A stretch of DNA of 51,465 bases, taken from assembly GCA_044376155.1 (NCBI GenBank), contig JBILLI010000002.1, positions 1 through 51,465 on the forward strand. The letters are read 5' to 3'. The translations under genes and the position numbers were made by a program. This DNA is from Polyangiales bacterium (GTDB lineage: Bacteria; Myxococcota_A; Polyangia; Polyangiales; Ga0077539). The notes below the pieces were generated by a model that did no database searches, was not told the origin of the DNA, and was given only the letters and a program-made list of their open reading frames with translations. Each line of letters starts with the position of its first letter. Position 1 is the first letter of the stretch. Below are positions 31,973 to 46,541 of this stretch, one piece after another.

Positions 31973-33202
31973 CTAGCCGGTCACCGGGCTGAGCTCACCG
32001 AGCGCCATGTGCGCCGAGAGCAGGCCGAAGTTCACCTTCGCCCCACCCTTGCCGTCGAGCGCGAGCACGGTGCCGAGCTTGCCCGCGAAGGGGCCGTCGA
32101 TGACCTTCACCTTCACCCCCACCGCCACCGACGTGGGCGCGGGCTTCGGCGCAGGCGCGTCGACCCGAGGCGGTGCAGACTTCGCCGCCGCAGGCTTCGC
32201 CGGAGCGGGCCGCGGCGCCGGGGCCTTCGCCTCGGGCTTCAGGAACACCCGGGGCGCGGGGGCCTCGGGCTTCGGGAGGTTCTTCACGGCCTCCTGCACG
32301 ACCGCGGGACGCGCCCGCTCCTGCGCGGCGGCGCGCTCCACCGATCGGCGCTCGGCGGCCTCTCGCGCCCGGAGGATCTCGGCGTCGTGCTCGGCCTTCC
32401 ACGCCGCCTCGCGCGCGGCGGTGTCGCGCTCGTGGGCGGCGCGCTCGGCCTCCGCCGCGGCGACCGCGCTCTCGACCCGCACGAGGTCGTTCTCGGCGGA
32501 CCACGCCACCAGGCGGTAGAGCGGGAGCAGACGCGCGAAGGCCGCCAGGAGGTCATCTCCCAGCGCCGAGCCGCGGGCGACCGACTCGGCGCGTGAGAGC
32601 TTCAACGCGCGCAGGGTCCACACGTGAGACGCATCGGTCGCGGCGTCGAGGGAGGCCGCGAGGCGCACGCCGTCGACGTCCCGCGCGAGCACCGGGGAGC
32701 CGCCGGGCACCTCCAGCACGAGGTCCCCCGCCGACCAGAGCGCCTGCAAGAGCTCCGCGCGCTTCAGGGGATCACCCGCGCGGGCGCGGAGGTTCTTGAG
32801 GTCCACCGCGGCGTCGGAGTGGACCCGCAGCGAGACCTCCACCCCCTCGGCGTCGACCTTCACCGCGAGGAACGCGTGCCGCACGAAGGGCGTCGGGTCG
32901 GTGAGAGACGCCGCGAGGGTGCGACCCTGATCGAGCACCGCCTCAAGGTGCCGCCGCGCCTCAGCGTCGCGCCAGAGCCAGAGCCACTGGGCCGTGACCC
33001 GGTGCTGGTTCCAGATCGACGGGCGCTCGTCCGACGCGCGCAGCTCGAGCGAGACGCCCGCGGATCGCGCGGCGAGGGTGAGCGCCGGCGCGAGGCTGAG
33101 CAGCCGCTGCTTCACCTCCATGCGGGGGCGCGTCGAGAGGTTGGACCCGGCGCGCGCCGGGAGGTACGCGTCGAGGTCAGAGTCCTGAAGGCCGGCGAAC
33201 AT
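31973..33202 (-). CDS. Hypothetical protein with a Pro/Ala/Lys-rich linker and a C-terminal KOW-like motif.
   Basis: The ATG at 33202 ([15 protein letters not shown]) has AGGAG 10 nt upstream. The C-terminal [32 protein letters not shown] matches the KOW pattern. The N-terminal ~250 aa are unassigned. Confidence 0.6.
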   Translation of the reverse strand: MFAGLQDSDLDAYLPARAGSNLSTRPRMEVKQRLLSLAPALTLAARSAGVSLELRASDERPSIWNQHRVTAQWLWLWRDAEARRHLEAVLDQGRTLAASLTDPTPFVRHAFLAVKVDAEGVEVSLRVHSDAAVDLKNLRARAGDPLKRAELLQALWSAGDLVLEVPGGSPVLARDVDGVRLAASLDAATDASHVWTLRALKLSRAESVARGSALGDDLLAAFARLLPLYRLVAWSAENDLVRVESAVAAAEAERAAHERDTAAREAAWKAEHDAEILRAREAAERRSVERAAAQERARPAVVQEAVKNLPKPEAPAPRVFLKPEAKAPAPRPAPAKPAAAKSAPPRVDAPAPKPAPTSVAVGVKVKVIDGPFAGKLGTVLALDGKGGAKVNFGLLSAHMALGELSPVTG

Positions 33203-33310
33203 CGCGAAATGGCTCCTGCGGCGGGGGAGCGGGAACATACAGGGACAACGCGAGAGGTCAACGCGCGCGACGTTGCCGCGACGCCGCGGCATCCCCTAGG
33301 CTCCCGGGCG

Positions 33311-34972
33311 ATGTCCACCGCACGCACCGTTCGCGCGCCCCGCGGCACCACCCTCACGGCCCAGGGATGGGCCCAGGAGGCCGCCCTGCGCATGCTGATG
33401 AACAACCTCGACCCCGACGTGGCCGAGCGCCCGCAGGACCTCGTCGTCTACGGCGGCACCGGCCGCGCCGCGCGCTCGTGGGAGGCCTTCGACGTCATCG
33501 TGCGCGAGCTCACCACCCTGCGCGCCGACGAGACCCTGCTGGTGCAGTCGGGCAAGGCCGTGGGGCGCTTTCGCACCCACGAGGACGCGCCCCGGGTGCT
33601 CCTCGCGAACTCCCTGCTGGTGCCGAAATGGGCCACCTGGGAGCACTTTCGGAGCCTTGAGGCGCAGGGCCTGATCATGTTCGGGCAGATGACCGCGGGG
33701 TCGTGGATCTACATCGGGTCCCAGGGGATCCTCCAGGGCACCTTCGAGACCTTCGCCGAGGCGGGTCGCCAGCACTTCGGCGGGAGCTGGAAGGGCCGCT
33801 GGATCCTCACCGCGGGCCTCGGCGGCATGGGCGGCGCGCAGCCCCTCGCGGCGACGATGAACGGCGCCTGCTGCCTCGCGGTGGAGGTCGACGCCGACCG
33901 CGCCCGCCGTCGCGTCGAGACCCGCTACGTCGACCGCGTGACCCATTCGCTCGACGAGGCGCTGGGGTGGATCAACGCCGCGTGCGACGCGGGCGAGGCG
34001 CTGAGCGTCGGGCTCGTGGGCAACGCGGCCGAGGTGTACCCCGAGCTGGTGCGCCGCGGGGTCACGCCTGATTTCGTGACCGAGCAGACCTCGGCCCACG
34101 ACCCGCTGGTGGGCTACGTGCCCGCGGGGCTCTCGCTCGACGACGCCGCGGCGCTGCGCGCGAGCGACCCGGTGGGCTACGTCGCGCGGGCTCGCGCGGG
34201 GATGGTGGCCGAGATCGACGCGATGCGCGCGATGCAGCGCCGCGGTGCCTTCGCGTGTGACTACGGGAACAATCTCCGCGGGGAGGCCACGATCGGCGGC
34301 GCCGAGGGCGCGTTCGAGATCCCGGGCTTCGTGCCGGCGTACATCCGCCCGCAGTTCTGCACGGGGCGCGGGCCGTTCCGCTGGGTGGCGCTGTCGGGCG
34401 ATCCCGCGGACATCGCCGTGACCGACCGCGCGGTGCTCGAGGCCGTGCCCGACGACCCCTCGCTGCGCCGCTGGATCGAGCTCGCGGGGGAGCGCGTGGC
34501 GTTTCAGGGGCTGCCCGCGCGCATCTGCTGGCTGGGCTACGGCGAGCGCGCCCGGGTGGGCAAGGTGTTCAACGACCTCGTGCGCGACGGCAAGGTGAAG
34601 GCCCCCATCGTGATCGGGCGGGACCACCTCGACTGCGGCTCCGTCGCCTCCCCGCACCGCGAGACCGAGGCGATGCGCGACGGCACCGACGCCGTGGCCG
34701 ACTGGCCGATTCTCAACGCGCTGGTGAACTGCGCGGGCGGCGCGACCTGGGTGAGCGTGCACCACGGCGGCGGCGTGGGCATCGGGAACTCCATCCACGC
34801 GGGCATGGTCATCGTCGCCGACGGCACCGAGGCCGCGGCGCGACGGCTGGAGCGCGTGCTCACGTCGGACCCGGGCATGGGGGTGATCCGCCACGCCGAC
34901 GCGGGCTATCCCGAGGCCATCGCGTGCGCCGCCGAGCGCGGCGTGCACGTGCCCCACCTCGCGCCGCGATGA
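33311..34972 (+). CDS. hutU: Urocanate hydratase.
   Basis: The ATG is at 33311 and the product is 553 aa. Motifs are [41 protein letters not shown] and [24 protein letters not shown]. Confidence 0.95.
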   Translation: MSTARTVRAPRGTTLTAQGWAQEAALRMLMNNLDPDVAERPQDLVVYGGTGRAARSWEAFDVIVRELTTLRADETLLVQSGKAVGRFRTHEDAPRVLLANSLLVPKWATWEHFRSLEAQGLIMFGQMTAGSWIYIGSQGILQGTFETFAEAGRQHFGGSWKGRWILTAGLGGMGGAQPLAATMNGACCLAVEVDADRARRRVETRYVDRVTHSLDEALGWINAACDAGEALSVGLVGNAAEVYPELVRRGVTPDFVTEQTSAHDPLVGYVPAGLSLDDAAALRASDPVGYVARARAGMVAEIDAMRAMQRRGAFACDYGNNLRGEATIGGAEGAFEIPGFVPAYIRPQFCTGRGPFRWVALSGDPADIAVTDRAVLEAVPDDPSLRRWIELAGERVAFQGLPARICWLGYGERARVGKVFNDLVRDGKVKAPIVIGRDHLDCGSVASPHRETEAMRDGTDAVADWPILNALVNCAGGATWVSVHHGGGVGIGNSIHAGMVIVADGTEAAARRLERVLTSDPGMGVIRHADAGYPEAIACAAERGVHVPHLAPR

Positions 34973-36222
34973 CCGACGCCACCCTGCTCCTGCGCCACGC
35001 GCGCGAGCTGCTCACCCTCGACGCGGACCTCGACCCGCGCGACCCATGGAGCCCTTCGTCCCTGGGGATCATCCCTGACGGCGCCGTGGCCGTCTGCGGC
35101 GACCGCGTCGTCGCCGTGGGGCGCACCGACGACGTGGAGCGCGCGATCTCCCTGCGCCCCAAGGCGATCGTGCTCGAGGTGGGCGACGCGGTGCTGTGCC
35201 CGGGCCTCGTCGACCCGCACACCCACGCGCTCTTCGCGGGCGACCGCGCGGGAGAGTTCAGCCAGCGCGTGCGGGGGGACGGGTACGCCGAGATCGCAGC
35301 CCGCGGCGGTGGCATCGCGTCCACGGTGCGCGCGGTGCGCGGCAGTGATGACGCGGCGCTGACCGCGGGGCTCCGCGCGCGGCTCGATCGTATGAGGGCG
35401 TACGGCACCACCACCGTGGAGGTGAAGACTGGCTACGCGCTGGACCTCGCGCACGAGCTCCGTTGCCTGGAGATCCTCGGGCGCTTCGCCGAGGTGGTGC
35501 CCACCTTTCTGCCCCTGCACGCGGTGCCGCCCGAGCGCCGCGGCGAGCCCGACGGGCGCGCGCGCTTCCTCGACGAGGTGCTCCGTGTCTGGCTGCCCGC
35601 GGTGCTCGCGCAGGGCGCGGCGCGCTTCATCGACGCCTACGTCGACGCCACGGGCTTCTCGGTCGCCGAGGCCGAACCCGTGCTCCGCGCGGCCTTCGCC
35701 CGCGGACTGCGCGCACGACTGCACGTCGGACAGTTCGCCGACGTGGGCGGCGCGGCCCTCGCGGCCTCCCTCGGCGCCGCCAGCGCGGACCACCTCGAGC
35801 ACCTCGACGACGACGGCGCGCGGGCCCTCGCGGCCGCGGGCGTGGTGGGGGTGCTGCTGCCGGGCGCGGCACTGTCGCTGGGGCAGTCCATGCCCGACGC
35901 ACGGCGGCTGCGCGAGCTCGGGATGGACCTCGCCCTGGGCACCGACTGCAACCCCGGCACGAGCCACACCGACGCCCTCCCGCTCATGGCGACACTCGCG
36001 GTGCGGCAGATGGGCATGAGCACCCCCGAGGCGTGGCACGCCATCACCCGCGTCGCCGCGCGCGCGCTCGACCTCCCCGACCGCGGGGTGATCCGGGTGG
36101 GGGCGCGGGCCGACCTCGCGGTGCTGGACCTCGCGTCGTGGGAGGCTCTGCCCTACGCATTCGGCGGACCGCGGGCGCGACACGTGGTCCTCGGCGGTCG
36201 CGCCCTCAGCCTCGCTTGTTGA
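34969..36222 (+). CDS. hutI: Imidazolonepropionase.
   Basis: The ATG at 34969 overlaps the hutU stop (ATGA). The product is 417 aa. Amidohydrolase motifs are [36 protein letters not shown] and [10 protein letters not shown]. Confidence 0.92.
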   Translation: MTDATLLLRHARELLTLDADLDPRDPWSPSSLGIIPDGAVAVCGDRVVAVGRTDDVERAISLRPKAIVLEVGDAVLCPGLVDPHTHALFAGDRAGEFSQRVRGDGYAEIAARGGGIASTVRAVRGSDDAALTAGLRARLDRMRAYGTTTVEVKTGYALDLAHELRCLEILGRFAEVVPTFLPLHAVPPERRGEPDGRARFLDEVLRVWLPAVLAQGAARFIDAYVDATGFSVAEAEPVLRAAFARGLRARLHVGQFADVGGAALAASLGAASADHLEHLDDDGARALAAAGVVGVLLPGAALSLGQSMPDARRLRELGMDLALGTDCNPGTSHTDALPLMATLAVRQMGMSTPEAWHAITRVAARALDLPDRGVIRVGARADLAVLDLASWEALPYAFGGPRARHVVLGGRALSLAC

Positions 36223-36264
36223 AAAGTTGCGGGAGCTCTGCGCGCTCGGCTATCGCCCGCGCTT

Positions 36265-37245
36265 ATGGATGTACGGGACGACGTGATCGCGGGCCGGTTT
36301 CGCCTGGAGACCCTGGTGGACTCCTCGGAGCGCTACGCGATCTGGCGCGCGCAGGACGGAGAGACCGAGCGGCGCGTGGCCCTGAAGCGCCTGCAGGGGC
36401 GCGCGGCGGAGGACGCCGAGGCCCAGCGAAGGTTCACCGACGAGGCCCGCTTCACGCGGATGATGGCGTGCCCCAACGTGGTCCGTTGGGTGGCTGACGG
36501 GAGCGATGCGCAGGGCGCGTGGCTCGCGACGGAGTGGGTCGACGGCGTGGCCGCCTCGCAGCTCCTCGCGCGGCGCAACCGGGCGCTGAACCCCGCGGCG
36601 GCGCTCTCGGTGGGCCTCGACCTGCTCGCGGCCCTCGCGGCGGCGCACGGCCCCGGGGTGGAGGTGATCCACCGGGGTGTGGTGCCCTCCCACGTGCTCC
36701 TCGGCAGCGACGGCGTCGCGCGGCTCACGGGGCTCGGCCTCGCGCGTCACGCCGCCCACGCCCGCCTCGCGAGCGCGCCGACCTTCGGCGACCGCGCGGC
36801 GTACCTCCCGCCCGAGTGCCTCCGCGGGGAGATTCATGGCCCCCGCGGTGACCTCTACGCCATCGGCGCGGTGCTCTGGGAGCTCCTCTCGGGACGTCGC
36901 CTCGACGCCTACCTCCCCACCCGCGCCGCGCTGGAGCACCCTCGCCCCGCGCTCCGCAAGGTGCACTCGGACGTGCCCGCGCCGCTCGCGCAGATCGTCG
37001 ATCAGGCCCTCTCCCTCGATCCCCTCAAGCGCCCGCCGAGCGCCACGGTGATGTCCTTCGCGCTGCGACGCGCGGGCGCGCGCTGCGGGGTGGAGCCGTC
37101 GCGCGACGAGCTCAGCGTCAGCGTGTGGGGCGCGAGCCGTCTGTCGTCCGAGGGCGAGACCCGACTCGGCCGCGCGCAGGTCGTGCGGCGTCGCTACATC
37201 GAGCCCGTGTCGGCCCTGACCGCGCCCCGCCGCGCGGTGGCCTGA
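36265..37245 (+). CDS. Protein-kinase-like protein lacking catalytic residues (predicted pseudokinase).
   Basis: 326 aa. It retains the kinase-fold landmarks VALKRL, DEARF, YLPPE and DLYAIGAVLWELLSG. It has HRGVVPSH in place of HRDxKxxN, TGLGLA in place of DFG, and no Gly-rich loop. Confidence 0.7.
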   Translation: MDVRDDVIAGRFRLETLVDSSERYAIWRAQDGETERRVALKRLQGRAAEDAEAQRRFTDEARFTRMMACPNVVRWVADGSDAQGAWLATEWVDGVAASQLLARRNRALNPAAALSVGLDLLAALAAAHGPGVEVIHRGVVPSHVLLGSDGVARLTGLGLARHAAHARLASAPTFGDRAAYLPPECLRGEIHGPRGDLYAIGAVLWELLSGRRLDAYLPTRAALEHPRPALRKVHSDVPAPLAQIVDQALSLDPLKRPPSATVMSFALRRAGARCGVEPSRDELSVSVWGASRLSSEGETRLGRAQVVRRRYIEPVSALTAPRRAVA

Positions 37246-37265
37246 GCCATACCCTCCCCTTCGAT

Positions 37266-37628
37266 CTACGCGGTGTGCAGGGGCTCCTGCGGGTGCTTCG
37301 CCTCGTAGTGGCGAATCGCCGCCTCGCCCACCGCGCGCACGCTCGCCGCGAAGAGCGCGGGCCGCGCGATCCAGCCCACCACGGGCACCGCCGACGCGAG
37401 CTCCCCCATCGCCTTCACGCCCACGTTCTTCGCGCCCGAGAGCGCGATGAGCCGCAGCGCGTCGCGCTCGGTGACGGGCTCACCGTAGGCGCGCGCGATG
37501 TCGCTCACAAGCTTCACCTCCGCGGCGGTGACGGCCATGGAGACGCCCGGCAGGGGGATGCCCCCGCCCAGACCCGCTCCCGCGGCGTAACGACGAACGA
37601 GCGACCGGCTGTGCTGCAACGCCGACAT
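37266..37628 (-). CDS. Small hypothetical protein, possibly DUF697-like.
   Basis: The ATG at 37628 (MSALQHSRSL) has the RBS GAGGGAGG upstream. The longer listed ORF (to 37703) would start inside the tRNA gene. The stretch GGGIPLPGVSMAVTAAEVKLVSDIARAYG loosely recalls DUF697. Confidence 0.5.
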   Translation of the reverse strand: MSALQHSRSLVRRYAAGAGLGGGIPLPGVSMAVTAAEVKLVSDIARAYGEPVTERDALRLIALSGAKNVGVKAMGELASAVPVVGWIARPALFAASVRAVGEAAIRHYEAKHPQEPLHTA

Positions 37629-37645
37629 GATGGCCTCCCTCTCGG

Positions 37646-37717
37646 TGCGCGGGACAGGGGTCGAACCTGCGACAGCCTGTGTGTAAGACAGGAGCTCTGC
37701 CACTGAGCTACCCGCGC
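37646..37717 (-). tRNA. tRNA-Val (anticodon TAC).
   Basis: The minus strand reads GCGCGGG TA GCTC AGTGGCA GAGC T CCTGT CTTACAC ACAGG CTGTC GCAGG TTCGACC CCTGT CCCGCGC A. This gives a perfect 7-bp acceptor stem, 4-bp D stem, 5-bp anticodon stem and 5-bp T stem (one G-U pair), plus a TTCGA T-loop. The 3' flank is CCG, so CCA is not fully encoded. Confidence 0.93.
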
Positions 37718-37754
37718 GGTGACCCCAGAGGTTACCCCAGGGTCGGGTGATTCG

Positions 37755-40229
<2,475 letters not shown>

Positions 40230-40355
40230 GGCAGGGACCTCGATCGCCTCGCGGGGCGGGACCGGTGGGTCTACGCCCTTCGCGCGAAATCGTCCAGGGA
40301 TGGGAGTGGGGTCAGCGAGACAGGAAGCGGAGGGAGAGGCGCGACACCGACGCGC

Positions 40356-41615
<1,260 letters not shown>

Positions 41616-41766
41616 CGCGTACCCTCTGTACCATCCGCGGGACCGCCGCGGTGTTTGTCCGTCACTCCGAGCGCCGTCTCGATTGAACGGCACCCTGGGA
41701 CGGGTCCCTGAGTCTAATCAACGGCTCCCGCGGGCGGCAAGGATGCGACCGCCCGCGGGGGCACCT

Positions 41767-42387
<621 letters not shown>

Positions 42388-42395
42388 GGCGCTCC

Positions 42396-43715
42396 TCACT
42401 TCGTCTCGGTCGGCGCCTCGTGCGCCTCATCGTGCGTGTGCGTGGGGGTCGAAACCTCGGTGATCGTCGCCTTCGACAGCAGGAACGCCGTCACCTTGTC
42501 CTCGAGCACGCGGCCGATGAGGTCCTGCCGCTTCGCCTCGGACTGGTACTCCGCACGCACCCGCTGGACGGCCACGCTGCGCTCCTTCGCGATCTCCTCC
42601 ATCGCCGCCGTCAGGTCCGCATCGGTCACGAGCAGCCCATTCTGACGGGCGATCTCGGTGAGCAGCAGACCCGCCCGGGCGCGCAGGGTCGCCTCCGGCG
42701 TGAGGATCTGGTCGAGCACGCTGGCCTCGTTGCCCTTCATGTTGAAGCCGCGCACCATCTGCTGCCGCATCTGCTGCAGGATCTGCGAGAGCAGCGACGG
42801 GGGGACATCCACCTCGTGGGCCTTCACCAGGAGGTTGATGGCCTCGTCCTTGACCTCGTCCGCGGACTTCTCCGCGAACTTCTTCTCGAGGTCGGCCCGC
42901 ACCGAGGCGCGCAGGGCCTCGAGGCTCTCGGCGCCGATGTCCTTGGCGAACTCGTCGTCGAGCGCCGGGAGGATCTTCTCCTGCAGCGCGGTCACGCGGA
43001 CCTTCAGCGTCGCGGTCTTGCCCGCGAGCTCCTTGCGGCTGTGGCTCTCGGGGAAGGTCACGTCGATGGCCTTCTCCTCACCCGGCTGCACGCCCAGGAG
43101 ACCCGCCTCGACCTCGGGGAACAGAACCCCCCGGCCGAGCTCCGCGGTGCGGCCCTTGGCGGCGAACTCGGGCATCACGGTGCCGTCGAGCACGAGGTCC
43201 CAGTCGAAGGTCACCGAGTCGGTCTTCTGCGCGGGCCGCATGGGCTCCGGCGTCTGCACCGTGCTGTGCTCCTCGCGCTTCTCCGTGATCACCCCGTCGA
43301 TGTCGTGGTCATCGATGGTGTAGACCTTCTTCGTGAGGGCGAGCACGCCGTAGTTGATCTCGCTGATCTCCGGCCGCACTTCCACCGTGGCCACGTAGGA
43401 CCAGGGCTTGTTGTCGGCGAAGGGGTCGACCGTGTCGATCTTCGGCTGCGCCCCGATGGTCTCCACCTTGCTCTCGCGGATCGCCGCGTCGAGCGTCTCG
43501 CTCACGAGGTTGTTCGCCACGTCGAGCTCGATGCGGGGGCCGTAGTACTGCTTCAGCAGGGGGCGCGGCACCTTGCCCTTGCGAAAGCCCTTGATCTGGG
43601 CGTCGCGGGAGACCGCGTTGTAGGCCTTCTGCAGCTCGCTGGAGACCCGCTCCTGGGGGAGCTCCACGCGGAGGTTGACGACGACGGGCGACACGCGAGA
43701 GACGGTGACCTGCAT
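42396..43715 (-). CDS. tig: Trigger factor.
   Basis: The ATG at 43715 ([20 protein letters not shown]) gives 439 aa. It carries the ribosome-binding signature GFRKGKVP. The gene order tig-clpP-clpX-lon is the conserved one. Confidence 0.92.
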   Translation of the reverse strand: MQVTVSRVSPVVVNLRVELPQERVSSELQKAYNAVSRDAQIKGFRKGKVPRPLLKQYYGPRIELDVANNLVSETLDAAIRESKVETIGAQPKIDTVDPFADNKPWSYVATVEVRPEISEINYGVLALTKKVYTIDDHDIDGVITEKREEHSTVQTPEPMRPAQKTDSVTFDWDLVLDGTVMPEFAAKGRTAELGRGVLFPEVEAGLLGVQPGEEKAIDVTFPESHSRKELAGKTATLKVRVTALQEKILPALDDEFAKDIGAESLEALRASVRADLEKKFAEKSADEVKDEAINLLVKAHEVDVPPSLLSQILQQMRQQMVRGFNMKGNEASVLDQILTPEATLRARAGLLLTEIARQNGLLVTDADLTAAMEEIAKERSVAVQRVRAEYQSEAKRQDLIGRVLEDKVTAFLLSKATITEVSTPTHTHDEAHEAPTETK

Positions 43716-43818
43716 GGAAGCGCTCTGCCTCGGAGGGTGAGAAGGGTGTGACCCCGGTTTGCGAAGGGCGCGCGACTCTATCGGCCGCGCCCCGGGTGTC
43801 AAGTGAAGCCGCGCGCGC

Positions 43819-44760
43819 TCAGCGCGTCACGAAGCGCAACGCACGACGCACCTCGGCGTCAAACTGGGGTGGGAGCTCGTGCGCCGCGCCCGGGAGAATC
43901 CGCATCTCGACCCTCCCCAGGCGCTCCCGGCGCATGAGGGTGTTCGCCCGCCGCGTGTGCTCGACGATGGCGTCGTGCGCGCCGGTGATGAGATAGACCT
44001 TGCGCAGCGACCGACGGGCGGCGGGGTACAGCTCCCGGTTCATGTCGATGTACCCGTCGTGCGCCGCGAAGATCACCCACCGCGAGAAGCGCGTGGGCTC
44101 GAAGAGGCCCGTCTGCATCGCGACGAAGGCCCCCTCAGAGAAGCCCATGATCACGTTGTCGGTCCAGCGCACGCGGCGCGCGAAGCGGCGGCCCAGCGCG
44201 TCCATCGCCGCCACGGAGTACCGCCGCGCGAGGGTGGCGTTGTTGTTCCACACATAGCGCCCGCCGCCGCGGTGCCCGGGCCCCACGGGGCACACCAGCC
44301 AGCCGAAGCGGGAGACCACGTCGGAGAAGCGCCGACACGCCTCGCGGGGATCGGCTCCGCGCGAGTGGAGGTACACGAAGATCCGCGAGCGACCGCGCGC
44401 GCGGGAGCGGTAGAACCACGCGTCGGGCATCCCGTCGAGCTCGAGCACCTCGGGGTCACCCGGGGCCCGACGACGTCCCGCGGGGGTGCGCAGGCGCTCC
44501 CGCTCGGCGCGGTCGTCGGCGCGGCTGAACATCCTCGCCGTGGGATCGTTTCGCGGGCCGCGACGGCGCGGCGCAGGGGCCGCGGGGGTCGGCGTCGCGG
44601 CGGGCGTGGGCGCCGCGGGCGCGCTGGGGGTCTCGTCGACGTGGGGGGGCTCGGGGACGTTCTGCGCCGCGGGGGGGTGCTCGATCTCCGTGTCGGTCTG
44701 GGCCCAGGCCCGGCCTGTGAGGAGCACGGCCGCGAGCAGCAGGGAGGTCGGCGCGCGCAT
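43819..44760 (-). CDS. Secreted alpha/beta-hydrolase (esterase-like).
   Basis: The ATG at 44760 precedes the signal peptide MRAPTSLLLAAVLLTGRAWAQ. The nucleophile elbow is GFSEGA, with later GAHD and GAAHE. The listed 480-aa ORF extends upstream into the cytochrome gene and is not credible. Confidence 0.7.
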   Translation of the reverse strand: MRAPTSLLLAAVLLTGRAWAQTDTEIEHPPAAQNVPEPPHVDETPSAPAAPTPAATPTPAAPAPRRRGPRNDPTARMFSRADDRAERERLRTPAGRRRAPGDPEVLELDGMPDAWFYRSRARGRSRIFVYLHSRGADPREACRRFSDVVSRFGWLVCPVGPGHRGGGRYVWNNNATLARRYSVAAMDALGRRFARRVRWTDNVIMGFSEGAFVAMQTGLFEPTRFSRWVIFAAHDGYIDMNRELYPAARRSLRKVYLITGAHDAIVEHTRRANTLMRRERLGRVEMRILPGAAHELPPQFDAEVRRALRFVTR

Positions 44761-44795
44761 CAGGGTCACCGCGCTACCGCCCGCGGCACCGCGCG

Positions 44796-46541
44796 TCAAG
44801 CCGCAGGTCGCGGCGGGGCGTTGCGGGTCGCGGGCGCGGGGCGGTGTCGCAGCGACCACACGAACTCCACGAGCACGTTGAGCTCCTCGTCGCTGAGCCT
44901 CCCGCGGAACGCGGGCATCTGGTTGCGCGCGCCATAGAGGTGTGGCGACCCCGGTCGGAGGATCTGCGCGCGGATCCACTCCCGCGACCCCCACTCGTCG
45001 AGGTCGGGCGCGTCGCGGTCGGCGAAGAGCGTCTCGGTGGTGTCCCCCTCCCCCCGGTGGCAGCGCGTGCAGCGCTCGCGGTAGAGCGTCTGCCCCTGCG
45101 CCACGCGCGCGGCGTTGAGCGTCGGGTCGACCTCGCCGTCGAGCCCGCGGCTGTGCAGCCACTCGGCCACCGCCGCGACGCCGTCGTCGCCGAGACGCCG
45201 TGACTGTCCCGGCATGTCGGTGATGTCGGTGGTGCCCATGAGCTCGGGGTGGTTGGGCCACACGGTGAACGCCCGCGCCCAGCCCCGGCTGCCGAAGCCG
45301 TCGAGGCGCGGCGCGCGTCGGGCGGTGCTGATCCCCTGCGCGGCGTGGCAGCCGCCGCAGTACTGTTTGTAGAGCGCGACGGGACGTCGGGCCGGGTCGT
45401 TGCGCATCATCTGCAGCGGCCCATCGGGCGGAACCCCTTGCCGCGCAAGGGTATGTGCGCGCACCCGCTCCTGCTCGGCCCCGCGGAGGGAGCGCACGAA
45501 GGCGGGCTTCGCCTGCGAGCGACCCAGGTCACGAGCGAGCCGCGCGGCCCCCATCCCCGCGAGGGCCAGGGGCAGCAGCGCGAGGGCCTTGCGCGCGGGG
45601 GACGTCGTGCGCCCCTGCACCCACGGCAGCAGCGCCAGCCACGTGCTCAGCAGCCCCGGGATCACCACCGTGCCGATCAGTTGTCGCGGGCCCTGGAACA
45701 CGTGCAGGAGCTGCGACAGCGGCGCGAAGTACCACTCCGGGCGCGCGGGGTACTGGCTCGTGGGGTCCGCCGGCGCGTCGAGGGGCGCGCCGAAACGGCG
45801 GCCGAAGTACACCACCGCGACGGTCACCCCGAGGGCCACGAGCGCGTCGCGCCACGCCTGCGCCGGGAGGTAGCGGTCGTCGCGAGACGCCCCCTCGGGC
45901 GCGTCGTAGCCCTGGTGGCGCAGCACCGAGAAGCGCAGGCCGAGCACCAGCGCGAGGGCCAACGGCAGCACGGCGACGTGCAGGGTGAAGAAGCGCGTGA
46001 CGGTCAGCGAGCCGTACTCCGCGCCGCCAATCACGATGCGCTGGAGCCGAGGACCCACCAGGGGCATCGAGCCGATGATCCCGGTCTCGACGCGCGAGGC
46101 CCAGTACCCGCGCTGGTCCCACGCGAGGGGAAAGCCCGTGATGCAGAACGCGAGCACGAGGCCGCCGAGGGCGATCCCGAGCAGCCAGAGGGCCTCCCGC
46201 GGGCGACGGTGCGCCCCCGCGAGGGCCTGCACCCCGACCCACAGGCCCAGCGAGACCACCAGCGCGTGCGAGGTCACGTGGTGCACCCCGCGGACGATGT
46301 GTCCCCAGGGCACCGCGCGCTCCAGGAACCACGTGCTCGCCCAGGCGGTGTTCACCCCGGGCGCGTACACGGTCATCATCGCCACGCCGGTCACCACCTC
46401 GACCAGCAGCAACGCGACGATGGCCGCGCCCAGGGTGAAGCGCCACGAGGGGCCTCCGGGCAAACGGATGTCGAAGGTGCGGCGCGCCGCGGCGCCGAAC
46501 CCGGTGCGAGCCTCCAGGGCATCAAGTAACGCGCGGAGCAT
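44796..46541 (-). CDS. Cytochrome b (bc-complex type) fused to a C-terminal di-haem cytochrome c domain.
   Basis: The ATG at 46541 (MLRALLDALEARTG) shares one nt with the Rieske stop. The multi-helix N-terminal part has the His pairs VRGVHHVTSHALV and FFTLHVAVLP...VLRH. The C-terminal part has two CXXCH motifs (CGGCH, CTRCH). Confidence 0.8.
   Translation of the reverse strand: MLRALLDALEARTGFGAAARRTFDIRLPGGPSWRFTLGAAIVALLLVEVVTGVAMMTVYAPGVNTAWASTWFLERAVPWGHIVRGVHHVTSHALVVSLGLWVGVQALAGAHRRPREALWLLGIALGGLVLAFCITGFPLAWDQRGYWASRVETGIIGSMPLVGPRLQRIVIGGAEYGSLTVTRFFTLHVAVLPLALALVLGLRFSVLRHQGYDAPEGASRDDRYLPAQAWRDALVALGVTVAVVYFGRRFGAPLDAPADPTSQYPARPEWYFAPLSQLLHVFQGPRQLIGTVVIPGLLSTWLALLPWVQGRTTSPARKALALLPLALAGMGAARLARDLGRSQAKPAFVRSLRGAEQERVRAHTLARQGVPPDGPLQMMRNDPARRPVALYKQYCGGCHAAQGISTARRAPRLDGFGSRGWARAFTVWPNHPELMGTTDITDMPGQSRRLGDDGVAAVAEWLHSRGLDGEVDPTLNAARVAQGQTLYRERCTRCHRGEGDTTETLFADRDAPDLDEWGSREWIRAQILRPGSPHLYGARNQMPAFRGRLSDEELNVLVEFVWSLRHRPAPATRNAPPRPAA

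Noticed and set aside
40230-40355. Heat-shock (sigma-32 type CTTGAA-N-CCCCAT) promoter or CIRCE-like element upstream of lon.
   Set aside because: I read the minus strand of the clpX-lon spacer. Only a CCCAT-containing stretch lies near CTGACC, the spacing is far too short, and there is no inverted repeat of CIRCE type. There is not enough evidence to call it.
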